Shown: positions 25,401 to 37,369, counted from the first letter of the stretch. The stretch is DNA of 45,594 nucleotides from Nemertoderma westbladi (GCA_032718475.1 JAUCBJ010005622.1:1-45594), one strand, 5' to 3'. Program-made: numbers and translations. The notes: generated by a model not told the origin, from the letters alone.

Positions 25401-26571
25401 TGTTCGCGCTTTTAGACCTTTAGCAGTTTAACCTGCCAATTTTAGGTGTCTTTTTGTATATCAATTATTTAATGTACTGAAGGTACATCAGCCGAAGCCA
25501 GCCTGTGCGCGACCATTCACCCACAGTTAAGGGAGACTGGATTCGGATGCTTTGATAGTGATTGCAGTGTAGACCTACTGTATTATTCGATTGATCGTCA
25601 ATATATAATCTCTGACAATATTATTCACTTTCGGGGAAATATTAACAGTTCCTTTAGGACGTGGCGCTTTAAGTATAAAACAGAGTTATGACTTATACTA
25701 ATCACAACTGGATGGCTACTGAGTTTCGTAAAAAGCGCATTCTTTAGGAGATGCTTTATTAACCTTCACACTACTTCACACGACTTCACACCAGTTCACA
25801 CTACTGCGCACTGATCTGCCGACCGTCACTGAATTTGATCATATATAAGGAGGATCGCAACTGACACATGTAGGGATTATGAAAAAGCATTCAATTCACA
25901 CAAAAACCACTATAATGTAAGTCGCAGTTGCTACCGGTAAACCTGTTCCTCTAACCTTTAGTAATCAAAGAGATTGAGGGTTTTATGATTATTCATCGGT
26001 ATTCTCCAAATATATCAGCAATATATACCAACATAACACCAATTAATAACAGAATCAAATAATGCGGTGAAGAGTCAGTATGTGTAGTTGAATCGCGTTG
26101 CGTAGTGCCGCGGTGTGGCGATGTTTCAGTAGTTGAATCGTTAATAGTTTTACGTTCTTTTAATCAAAGCCATCTGATGTTTCTGATGTTTAGGTCAAAG
26201 TCTGAAACTTCCACAGAAGTACAGAAGAATCCTAAGCCGGTGTTCTGGGCTTAGAAAAGATACACACTGAATGAATTGCGTGAGTTTCTGTAGGCACTGT
26301 CCAACACAAAGTGAAAATCGCTCTGATTGGCTGAGCCGAACAAAGAACAAAGAGAGATTCAGGTTCCGCGTTGGCAGTAAATCAGCTGACAGATAGCGTC
26401 ATCTGAGTCATCTTTTAGAGTATTAAGCGAATTGCGGCAAAATGTCTAGTTATGTCCGCTAAAGCACGCATACAGACATAACGGGTAAAAATGGCTTGTT
26501 ATGTCCGCTAAAAGCACCTACACGGTACATTGCGGAGAAAATGACTGGTTATATCCGCAAAAGCTTTTACA
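25401..26571 (-). repeat. 3' LTR (1171 bp)
   Basis: Sense TGTAAAAGC...GCGCGAACA; direct repeat of 36835-37039 plus 40728-41639. Confidence 0.93.
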
Positions 26572-26580
26572 CCGCTCCCA
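26572..26580 (-). other. Short polypurine-tract-like sequence
   Basis: Sense TGGGAGCGG directly precedes the 3' LTR TGT. Confidence 0.6.
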
Positions 26581-26649
26581 GAAAATGGGATTTAATTCTA
26601 TAAAATATAAAAAATCACAGTTTCTAAAATATAAAAATACTCTAAACAG

Positions 26650-28198
26650 TTAGTCCTTCTTACGCGAACGGCGTTTACGCAGTTTTTTGAGGCTAGCAAG
26701 AGTCCTTTTCTCTTTGGGGCGAACCACTTTACTAGGAGGGCTATAACTCCTGGGTGAAGGGTGCAATACAATTGCATCGGAAGGTTTAGAATGACGGTCG
26801 GTGTATCCGCCGGTCGAGGTACATGGTTGATCGGTATCAACCTCAGTGGAACGAGGTCGAACAACCTTCAGAGAGCGTTTCAAGACAGCAACTCTTACTG
26901 GTCCCTGACGATTCGTCTGCACAAGAGCGGTAGGTGGACCGTGTGTAGTGAGAAATTTCCTCGGTTTGATGGTTCTTTCCGACTCGCGTTCTCGGGCTCT
27001 GTCGAAATCGATATGCTTCTCCTCGAGCTGATTTTCCTCCGCTTGTCGTTGGAAGCATTCGTCTAAAACTCGTTTAGAGTATAGGGTCGTCCAAGTTCGA
27101 TATCTTCTTAGAGATTCTGGATTTCCCAATCGAACTGAGATAAAGCCAACTCGTTCACCGCTTGGACTTGCTCCTGCAACTCACGTTCCTCCAAACAATC
27201 GTAGGTTCCTTTTCCGATCTTTTGACGAATAGTGTCCAACGCGTTTCGTACAACTCTCTCCTCTACCTCGGTGACAGATTATATCGGGTTAAACAGGGAC
27301 GATTATACGGTTGAATGGCGATATTAGGTGTCCGCGTCCCAATCCGGCAAGGTAAGATGGGCGAATATCTAGGGAGCCCACAACCGGAGTGCCACCGACT
27401 AATTGTTCGGGTAACACTAGATCTTTGAACAGTGAGTAAGCTTGGGAGGATACGTGATACTATTAGGAGCAAGAGTCTGAGGTCTCACCAGGGAATGAGG
27501 AGGTCTGACCGAGTATTCCGGAACTCTGATCATGGGTTTATTTAAGGATCGTTTGAGTCGAGCGAGCGTAGGTGATACATCAAACAAGTTTCGCTCGAAA
27601 CTCCCGTAAATATAGCGAGTAAAACTGTGTTTAGCACAACGTCTCCGCGGATGTTTGTCTTTCCGTTTGTTGGTTGGGTCTAGGGCATTCATCGTAATAA
27701 TACCAAAGACGCACGTCTTGTAGGGGAAACGCTGGTGATCTTTCTCCAGTTTTACAACGTCTCTCTCAAGAATTCCAAATATACGTTGAAGTCACTGCGT
27801 TTATCCGGTTCTTTAACGTCTTCTCTTTCGAGTTGGTTTCGAATAGAATTTTCGTGTTCGATTCTCAGTTTATTGTTCCGACTCCGCTGGGTATGATATT
27901 TAAATAGGATCATTTCCCTTGCGGTGTCCACATCGTCCATATCGTGTAAATCGATAGGATGGCCAGTAGTTAAGAAGTCCATATACGTACCATTACGATG
28001 CGTATAGCGAGCAGTGAATTTTCTATAGTCCAATTCACGCATGAGTTGTTCCTTTGACATTGGCGGTTCGATATAACGGCCATCGTCCTCCGTAGTGGGT
28101 GGACTAGCGTCGCCGTGTATTAAACTATCAACAAACGCTTGCAATGGTAGGGTATATCGCTCCCTGATACCAAGATCATCTGCTATCAACTCAGTCAT
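26650..28198 (-). pseudogene. Frameshifted accessory ORF of unknown function in the env position
   Basis: Consecutive same-strand ORFs 28198-27752, ~27760-27417, ~27270-27110 and 27129-26650 in a higher-GC, coding-like island starting at an ATG. Hydrophilic, with a basic tail KKLRKRRSRKKD. Confidence 0.5.
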
Positions 28199-29927
28199 AG
28201 CTGCTATATGAGTTTATCGATATTATAATTAATTATAATTTAGGCTAGCGGTCGTTGCTGCCTCCCCCTCAATGCCCCCGGACAGCGCAAGCTCCTCAGC
28301 GCTGATGTACTGTCGCCGCTGTGTCTATCGCCAACATAGTAGCTACACAACAACAACAACAACCAGCGCGAGTCACTCCACTGTCCATCCCAAGGGCTTA
28401 GATTTACTTCAGGTTCTTATTGCGGGGTTAGGGCTACTTTCACAACTGCGACTCGCTACTGTAAACACACTTTAGTAGTAACATTCACCTATAAACGCAC
28501 AAATTCCACACAACTGTCACAAATTGTACACATTCGGGCCATTTGTCCGTTAGTCAAGTGCCTTCCAGAATGCCACGTTATTATTATGTATCTCTGGATA
28601 CTAGCAGTGCGCTATTTATTCCGTATGCTATTCAATGGGGCAAGCTTTTTATTGTTCTTTTAACTCACTTCTAATTCTAGCGTGGTTGTTGCCATGGTGA
28701 CATTATGGAAAGCTAGCAGTAGAATTAGGGTAATTCTCATGCATACAGATCTGGGATGCTATTTAATAGTAATTCTTTAATTGTCAATATTCCCCTTTAT
28801 ACATGATTTTATGAATTTTATCGGCTATTGACTATATATTGGAGATTCTCGCACACTAATACACTTAATAGGTGAATCTCCGCTCCCATGATCTATTAAT
28901 TAATGGAATTTTGGGAATATTATAAATTTTATAAAATAACAATTTATCAAATTCATGAAAGGATATGAATTTAAATTTATTCCCGTAAATTTTATTATTT
29001 AATATGGAATAGACACAATTTTATTCCAGAGCATGTCTGGGAACTGGGATCCTTGATTATAGGAAATTTGTCTTTTTAAGAGTATCGGTAAGTGCTACGA
29101 TATCTTAATCAACTAGAATTTTAAAGGATCTAATTTTTAACAGATTTTAATTTATAAATTTTCTTGGTTTACAAACTCCTTAGAGTTTATTTGTGTGTAT
29201 TTACTCTATTATAACATTTGTTTTAATATATTTTTATAAATATTAAATAGTTAATATTTAAGATGGGCACCGATTTATTCCAGAACTTGTCTGGGGACGT
29301 TAACCATTGATTCTAGAATTTTGTCTTTCAAGTGTATCGGTGGGTGCCGCGATATCTTAATCGACTAGAATTACAGATGGTCAAAGGGTTTAAAAGATTT
29401 ATTTGCGTTGTACGCGACTGTTAAAGGGACATCACGCTACTATATGTATTATTTAATATACGGTATGAGAGCAATATTGCAAGAAGCAATGTCAGTGAGA
29501 AGAGGCAAGTCGTTTCCAAGGTCTACCCAGAGCTTGGTTTAGCTGAGACACGAGGATCTGAACTTTGCATTCGTAATACTCTACTTACCAATAATACTTG
29601 AGTATAGTAGGAGCTTTATTGTACTTTAATAAGTACGGATATTTCATCTTACTGTAGTCACGCATTTATAATATGATGCGGACAGTAAGGAAAGAGAAAA
29701 AGAATTATTTCTCGCCGTTGCACTAAATATATAATATAATATAAGTAAGTAAGTAATAAACACTAATATATATTGCACTAATCTACTAAATAATCGCTAA
29801 AATAACAATCTACTAAATAAAATTAAAGAAAACGATTATAATAAAATTACATAATAATACATACATAAATATAAAATAATAAAAACAAATATAAAATAAT
29901 ATAGTCACACACCCACTCCAGAAACTG

Positions 29928-32900
29928 TTACGTTGGGGAGTCCCTAGATGTTTGTTGGATTAGGGAGGTGGTCGTGGGAAGAGTATCTTGCCTTCCATAG
30001 TTTCCGGACAGTTCTCGGTCTCTTTCCAGTAAACATAAACGACCAACTGGGCGATTGAGTTGTTGTGTTTCGAATACAATTCCAGGTTTCCTCTTCGTCC
30101 TGGAATAGTGACGATAGAAACATCGCTTCAAATACACGACGGCCTTACAAAGCCGATTCCAGGAGCTATAGTGGTTTATCGCTCCCTGCAGGAGAGGTGA
30201 GAGTCCCTGCGAGACGTCTGGTGTTCCAGATTTCCAGTCTCTTTCTCTGATTTCCACAACAGAGTTATTTGCGGCGGGGGAGTTTAGACCCACAGCGTTG
30301 TCCCCTGAAATGTGTAGTACAGACAGATCAATCGCGGGTTTAAATAACTTTGATTTACTTGTCCGGGTTTTAGGTTTGACTTTCTCCGCTCCCTTGGCTT
30401 GTCTAATTTCAGCCGTGGTGAGATGAGGAGGCCATTCATCATCTTCTTTACTTAGGAAGTCGGGTCCATCTAACCAGTCTGGAGTATCTATCAGTTCTTG
30501 AGGAGTTGCTCCTCTGGAAGCGATGTCGGCTGGATTAATCGTCCCAAGGCAATGTCTCCATTGATCTACATTAGAGTTAATATCGTCATTATCTGAGGAG
30601 TATGGTGTTCTCTCAGTTGTGGTTGTCTCTCCCTCACTGATGTCTTCTTCCCATTCACTCACCTGATGGACCTGATCTTTGGGTAGCCTTTCCATGAGTG
30701 TCCTACGGGAAGGTCCAGTGAAGTACCAACCTACTCTTGTTCTTTCCGCATAGGTTTGCAATGGTTGCGGTCGAGCAGGCCGTTTCTCTAATGTCTCAAG
30801 CGCCTCATGCGCATTTTGGCCGATGAGTATCTGTACCCCTGGGTAGTCGGTGTTGAATCTAGGTATCTCATGCTGCTGGGTGAAATCGTCTTCATCCCAG
30901 TTATAAGGCTCCACTTGGCTGGTAGCGAAGTTCTTTATCGCCACCATTTTTACTGACCTTATACTGTGTTCTCCTAGTTCATCCTGGGGGGTGGACAACG
31001 CGCCTACATAGTAGTCTGTAACTACTGTAGATTTCCAAACCTGCATAATTCCTGAAAGGTTCAACTTAGTTCGGAACTTGGGTTGTCCAGCAAAGATGTC
31101 TTCGGCTAGTTCTTTGTCGATGAATGTTCCTGTGCTGCCGGAGTCAAGGAGGGCGTTCACTATATAGCTCTTTTTTAACCCGTAGACTCTCAACTGCACT
31201 ACGGGAAATTCCCGGATTCCTACGTTGGAAGTTGGCGCTTTCCAAGATGGTTGTCGGTCTGGAATAGTTAGGGGGAGCTCACTATCAGTTTCAGTCTCAT
31301 ACGTAAGTGCTCGATACACTGCGGTGTTTATTAGATAACAGGATTCGTTTTCGTCGGAGAATTCATCCGTGTAGAATCCTTCCATCTCAGAACTGAGGTC
31401 AGTGTCGTTCACATCACTGAATTGGACATGTAGTTCGGGCTCACTTACCTGACTCATGCGGGTTCTTTCAAATTCTGTGTGCAGCAAGATATGATGTTTC
31501 GTGCCGCACTTAGCACACCTAGCATCTGAGTAACAGGTCCGCCGTTGGTGTCCTCGTCTGAGACAATTATAACACAACCGCTTATCCCACATGACATCAC
31601 GTCTATCCTTTAGGGATTTCTTTAAGAATTCATCACACCCACTCAAGCGATGGGGCCCGTCACACAATACACATTTGGGCTTGATGTTACTTACCTTACC
31701 TTGTGTGGTGTTGTGCACACTTGTTCTCTCCTCCGGCTTTCTTCCATGAATTCTCTTAGGAGACGTGGGAGGAGTTTTTGTTGTCTGTTCTCTCCTGTCA
31801 CTGGTTCGAGACTTAAATTTACTTACGTCTTTAGGTGCATTGTTGACATAGTAAGATCTTTCGGTGTCTTTCCCGCTGTTCTCCTCGTGGGAGGTTTGGC
31901 TTTTGCCGTCGTAGGTATAACACACTGGTGTTACCTTTCGCCTAGAAACGGAATTTTCACTTACCTCACTTTCAGGAGTCTTCTCTCTAGACTGTTTTAG
32001 GAGTTGTAATCTTACCTCTCGGTTTAAGAATGACAGAAAGTCCGTCATGGTTGGATCTCTATGTTGTTGGTCCATCAAATAGAGAACCTTTTTGTCCCAG
32101 CGAGTACCTACTTCACTCTTTGGCAAAGCTGATGCTAAGGCTCCTACAACCATAGAATTCTGGTATTCATGAGACTTACCCAACCAGTCTAGTTGTCTAC
32201 AGATCTCCTGAATCTCATCGGAAAACTCTATAATCCCGCTGCTAAGGAACTTTCGGGGTGCTACCAATTTTGCATACAAATACCTAGCTATGTTTGTCCT
32301 ATTACCATACCTGATGTTTAGTGTATCCCAAACTTGTCTTAATCCATCTGGATGTCCAATAAACTTTAACGCCATTAACTTGGGAGATCCTTCAAAGCAC
32401 TCGATGAGGAATCTAAGTTTCTCTCCGTTAGATAGCACAGAGTTCTGTATGTTATCTTTATAATATTCATTAAAAGATAACCATTTCATCTCATCTCCAT
32501 TGAACTTGACGATCTCTCCCACCTTTACTGCTTGACGGGCTCTGGTTCTAGCCATTTGATGCGTAAAACTTTCTTGGGCCATCGTATTATTTAATATCGA
32601 GTTATCGGTATATAAATTTCTCGGATTATTATCAGGTCTATATGGAATATTATTGTCAACAGGTTTATAATTACCCTTAATAGGGTTTACTATAGGAGTT
32701 TCTACTTCACTAGCAGTATAGATACGTGTAGGCTCCACACCTTGCGCATGAAATACTTCAGACCTAACAGGTTGACACATTGTTACAGGGGGTGTTGGTA
32801 TACCCTTTTGTAGATTTACTAACTTATCGCGTTCTAACGCGATACTCTGCTGCACTTCCTGTAATTCTAACTTACTTTCTCTTACTGTTCCCTTTAACTG

Positions 32901-33350
32901 TTGAACAGTCCCCTCCAACTCTCGGACCTGTTGGGAGGAGCGAGCCTGATTCTCCTCCATCTGCCCGAGGAGAATATCCATCCCCCGCCGTCGCTCATCC
33001 ACCCACTCAACCGCCAAAGCGGGAGCCGCCAACATAGTAGCGGGTAGACAAGGGACGACGGGCGACAAATTGTTAATGTCTCGCTCGGCGTCCAGGACCG
33101 GAGTTGACTGAGGAACTGTCCCACCGGATACAGGTAGTTTAGTACTGTGCAAAGGGAATTTAGAGTTCGGTTCTGGAAGTACAGTGGTCTCTATTACAGA
33201 GGGAGTGGCTTCGAGAACAGGCCTAATTATTTCAGGTTCATCCACTATAGTAGGGAGTCTTTCTACTCTAATAATTTGGTCTGTGGGTTCTGTACTACCT
33301 AAGTCTGTGCTAGCTAGTTGCCTTCTCACAGCTGGGGGCAAATTAGGCAA
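29928..33350 (-). CDS. BEL/Pao Gag (DUF1759-like, 3 Zn knuckles) plus aspartic protease fused to the RNase H tail
   Basis: KFNGDEMKWLSF...EKLRFL; CVLC..H..C, CYNCL..GH...C, CAKC...HHILLH; ALLDSGSTGTFI; TRVGW; QWRHCLGTINPADIASRG...WLDGPDFL; SSWNRL. Confidence 0.88.
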   Translation of the reverse strand: MPNLPPAVRRQLASTDLGSTEPTDQIIRVERLPTIVDEPEIIRPVLEATPSVIETTVLPEPNSKFPLHSTKLPVSGGTVPQSTPVLDAERDINNLSPVVPCLPATMLAAPALAVEWVDERRRGMDILLGQMEENQARSSQQVRELEGTVQQLKGTVRESKLELQEVQQSIALERDKLVNLQKGIPTPPVTMCQPVRSEVFHAQGVEPTRIYTASEVETPIVNPIKGNYKPVDNNIPYRPDNNPRNLYTDNSILNNTMAQESFTHQMARTRARQAVKVGEIVKFNGDEMKWLSFNEYYKDNIQNSVLSNGEKLRFLIECFEGSPKLMALKFIGHPDGLRQVWDTLNIRYGNRTNIARYLYAKLVAPRKFLSSGIIEFSDEIQEICRQLDWLGKSHEYQNSMVVGALASALPKSEVGTRWDKKVLYLMDQQHRDPTMTDFLSFLNREVRLQLLKQSREKTPESEVSENSVSRRKVTPVCYTYDGKSQTSHEENSGKDTERSYYVNNAPKDVSKFKSRTSDRREQTTKTPPTSPKRIHGRKPEERTSVHNTTQGKVSNIKPKCVLCDGPHRLSGCDEFLKKSLKDRRDVMWDKRLCYNCLRRGHQRRTCYSDARCAKCGTKHHILLHTEFERTRMSQVSEPELHVQFSDVNDTDLSSEMEGFYTDEFSDENESCYLINTAVYRALTYETETDSELPLTIPDRQPSWKAPTSNVGIREFPVVQLRVYGLKKSYIVNALLDSGSTGTFIDKELAEDIFAGQPKFRTKLNLSGIMQVWKSTVVTDYYVGALSTPQDELGEHSIRSVKMVAIKNFATSQVEPYNWDEDDFTQQHEIPRFNTDYPGVQILIGQNAHEALETLEKRPARPQPLQTYAERTRVGWYFTGPSRRTLMERLPKDQVHQVSEWEEDISEGETTTTERTPYSSDNDDINSNVDQWRHCLGTINPADIASRGATPQELIDTPDWLDGPDFLSKEDDEWPPHLTTAEIRQAKGAEKVKPKTRTSKSKLFKPAIDLSVLHISGDNAVGLNSPAANNSVVEIRERDWKSGTPDVSQGLSPLLQGAINHYSSWNRLCKAVVYLKRCFYRHYSRTKRKPGIVFETQQLNRPVGRLCLLERDRELSGNYGRQDTLPTTTSLIQQTSRDSPT

Positions 33351-34933
33351 TTTCTGATGGTGGGGCGTTCTTCTACGCGAGATCTATTTCCTCCGCCTTC
33401 AGGATCTGTTGTATCGCCTTCATCAGATGATGTAAATCCCTGTCTTTTGGGAGTAGATCGACTTATCATCTGCCACTGACTAGCTGTTCTCTGTTTATCT
33501 ATGTAGTCTTGCTTCTCTTGAAGATTTTCCAACTCTAGTTGGGTGGTCTCTTCAGACGCCCTCTGTTCTGCTTCTGCCACTGCTATCTTTATTTCCGCTT
33601 CTGCCGCTTTTCTTTCCGCTTCTGCCGCTGCCACTGCTGCTTCTGCCGCTGCCACTGCCGCTTTTCTTTCCACTTCTGCTGCCTTTCTTTCCGCTTCTGC
33701 CTCTGCCGCTGCCGCCACTGCTGTCTTTCTGTCTTCTATACGTTTTTTCTTTACTTGTTCTTCTTGGACCCTAGCGATGCGGATGCTTTCATCAAATTTA
33801 GCTTGGTTCGCAGCTAACATTTCCGCATCTAATGCGTCCAACACAAACTTGGCTCCTTCACTATTAGGGCGAAGTCCAGCCAGCCGTCTCCTCAACTCTT
33901 CGTCACCTATAAATCGTTGATAGTCTGACAGATAGATGTCAATGGCATCCTTCTTCTGAGGTTTCTCTGATGTCGCTTCGCTTTCCACTTGAGAAAAGGT
34001 AGCGTCTGTTGATTCTCCGTGGGTTGAGCGCTCGGCCAGCTGAAATTTCCACTGGGTCGTTCCTTCAACCTTGAGACTCACCCATTGGAACCAAGTCTTG
34101 ACAGCAACTTGCAACGACGTGTCTTGGGTTCTCTTCGAAGCTTCCTCAAAGGCTGATAGGAGTAGTCTGATTCTTAGGATTCTTACTCAAACTTGATAAA
34201 GCAGCTCTCCCTGCTCTTGAGGTCCTTGGTGTTGTTGAAACAGTTGTTCCTCTAATCGCTCCAAAGAGCTGAAGAATCCCTGTACATATCCTGCTGCCGA
34301 CCTCTTCCACACAGCTGGATCACTAGTGTCCTTTGTCACTCCCATCCTGTATAAGTCCTCCCAGGCAGCTTCCGATAAGTTAAACGGGAGTCTGGGTCCG
34401 GGGAAATTCCATTGCGTCTCGACAATAGACTTCAGTTCCTCCTTCGTGTATCCCGCATAACTATCCTTGGTCGATCGCTTACTTCTCGCCCAATCCATTT
34501 GATGTTCTTCCACCGCAATCAATACTCTAGTGAGTACGGCTTCAGGAAGAATGAGAAGTGGATCCGAATAAACTGCATCTGCCATCTTTGCTCCGCGCTC
34601 GGGTGTCAACTCTACAGTATCTGAACTACTGGAGCTATCGGGTCGCTGAGAAATAAGTTCTCGGCTCGGGTGTTGCTGTTGTTTAACAGCTGCCTCTTGG
34701 TCCCGCTTGACTTGAGCCCGAGTGCCTATGACAGACCTACGGCGCTTCACTAACTTCGCAAATTGCGAAATTGCTTCTACTAACCTAGGTTCTGACACAA
34801 CTACTGTAGGGGTTGCCTTTCTTACAGTAGGAGGGGTCTCAGACCTCGGTCTGGGATTCTCTATACTCCTATCTGAGAAACAGACTGTTGTTTCTAGGAG
34901 ACTATCTGACAGAGTTTGCTTTGTGTCAGCCAT
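33326..34933 (-). pseudogene. Long N-terminal extension of Gag (coiled coil, AEAERK repeats), interrupted by one in-frame TGA and a frameshift
   Basis: ORFs 34933-34187 and 34114-33326 are in the same frame, separated only by the TGA at 34187-34189. The second overlaps the Gag ORF in the -1 frame. Confidence 0.65.
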
Positions 34934-35064
34934 GTTTGATTGTACAGTTGAATGCCTACTACTATAATGACAGTTAAAGCAAGTCTAGTAATTCAGTATC
35001 AACTGTTAGCCTAGTAATTAATTACCGATATCATTACTCAATGTAATGCGATATATATAATATA

Positions 35065-35322
35065 TTAGAATACCGGTATACACCTATAGTATATATATAA
35101 GTATTATTACAGACTAGGGTTTGTCACAGAATACCGGTATATATAATTTCAGCATAAATATATATAAATATATAATAAGCCTACCATGAATACCGGTATA
35201 CAGCTTACACTTATAGTATATATAAGTATAATTATAGACTAGAATTAATTACAGAATACCGGTATATAATTTCAGCATAAATTTATATAAATAAATATAA
35301 TAAGCCTACTATAAATACCGGC
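35065..35322. repeat. ~122-bp tandem duplication with recurring ATACCGGTAT palindromes in the element's 5' leader
   Basis: AATACCGG at ~35069, 35130, 35189, 35255 and 35314. Confidence 0.8.
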
Positions 35323-37369
35323 AATGTCAATTATTTTCTAATAACTGAATTTCTGAATTTTAGGATTACTTTCCTTTACTTTATTACTGTTATTTAAGCA
35401 GTAGTCCAACTGATATTAAGACCTAATTGTTGTATAACAGGCCTACTATTTTATAAATCGGTTTGAGTTGATTTATAATATATATATACCCGCTTAATGG
35501 GTTTTGTTACAATATTTGAAATAAATGTTATTATTTCTGGTAAGGAGTCACTACACAGAAGCTGAATGCTCTCAGTGAAGTGCTACTTGTTGGACACTAA
35601 AACAAATTATTCTACTTGCCTAAGTTACTTATTACTACAAATTACTTACAATACGGGGTGAGATTACAATCTCTAAATAAACACAAAAAATTACACGTAC
35701 AAATTTTTAGGGTTAATTTTACAGGAAATCTACAAACCAGCCTAACAAGGAGTTAGAATATCTGGTTATTACAATCGGACAAGATACTACGGTATTTGAA
35801 AATAATAAAGCAGTAGTAAATATATTGCGTTGTCTAGATAAGAAAATACCACCGTCTGACGACTTATAGTCTCTAGCTTTACAGCTCTATAAGTACTACG
35901 TTATATACCCGGAGTGTTCCTACCTAGAAGTTAATTACCGCAGCCTACCATAGCTAACTTGCCTATTAACCACTTTACAACACAAATATACTGCCTACAC
36001 ACTAATTACCTTCGGAAAGCACTGTACACTAAACCCTAAATTAGGTACAAGTACTTATACAACAAATAACCAGCAGTTAAAAATACTTGTACAGCTAAAA
36101 GAACCACGGTATCTGCTGGGGTGACTAGAGCAAAAAATCACCAGTCTTTACCTACGCCAAACAGCCCTGATGTAGTACCGGGGTTAATTTAACTATAACG
36201 GTATGTATAATAAGCACAATTACTGTAGGAATAAACTTGGGGTTGTGTATGTTGCGAATAATCGCATAAACTCTGAATAATAAATATTACGCTACCCGTA
36301 CAGACTACACAAACAAAATATAGACCAAATGCTGGCAGACTACTATCAAGCCTAAATAAACTACAGTATATGCAGACTCCGAAATGGTTAGTTAGTATGC
36401 GTTCTAACCGACTAGTACGACTTATTCTTTCGGAGGGGATTTACCTTACAGCATTGGATGCCCCCACGTTCCTAACTAGTACTTTATCGGACATACACTC
36501 TACACACACTGCAATCTCTTCAGACCTGACAATAGCCAGACAACAATCCAGCCTACAAATTATTTGTACAATTTGAGCGGGCTTACACGCCTTCTGCTCA
36601 ATATTAACTTACAAATAAATAAAACTGACAGAAATAAATAAGCTCCAAAAGAAACAAGGGGTGTACAGTCCCTAATCTCTTAAACAGCCTACCATATACA
36701 ATATATCACAATCGAACTAATACTGGTACCCGCAAGTACCGGTTCCGGTGGTTAGGTAGTTAGGCCTACAGGTTACCGTCCGACCGGTACATTCAAATTT
36801 ATTGCCTACGTGCAATCAAGAATAAAACTATTAATGTTCGCGCTTTTAGACCTTTAGCAGTTTAACCTGCTAATTTTAATTGTCTTTTTGTATATCAATT
36901 ATTTAATGTACTGAAGGTACATCAGCCGAAGCCAGCCTGTGCGCGACCATTCACCCACAGTTAAGGGAGACTGGATTCGGATGCTTTGATAGTGATTGCA
37001 GTGTAGACCTACTGTATTATTCGATTGATCGTTAATATACAGTCGGGGTCTCAAAGTGCATCTGTTCTTTGAGATTTTCTCAAAGTTTTTCTAAAAGTGT
37101 CTAAAAGTCATTACATTACTCCCAACGGCCGCTTTGAATTCTTGTAGACACTTTTAGTTGGGAATCTCAAAGTGATTTCCTGCTTTTAGGCACTTTGAAT
37201 TCTTTGAGAAATGTCACTTTGAGGTAGTTTGCGGCACTTTTAATTCTTTGAGAAAATAAACTCAGAGGTATTCCTGATTGACAGCTCGTGGTAAGTTAAC
37301 TGAGAGGCAGAGGCATTCTCGGGGAACAATATTATGCGGGCAACAAAGTGATACTTGTGTGCTGGCCAG

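Noticed and set aside
25401-26571. Hammerhead ribozyme in the LTR (retrozyme-like)
   Set aside because: No complete CUGANGA...GAAA core with flanking stems found by eye; an Infernal search would be needed to exclude variants.
33326-33390. Programmed -1 frameshift between the extension and Gag
   Set aside because: No X XXY YYZ slippery heptamer in the overlap; a 1-bp deletion is simpler.
33539-33920. Cys-rich and Ala-rich + strand ORFs
   Set aside because: Antisense shadows of the AEAERK repeat.
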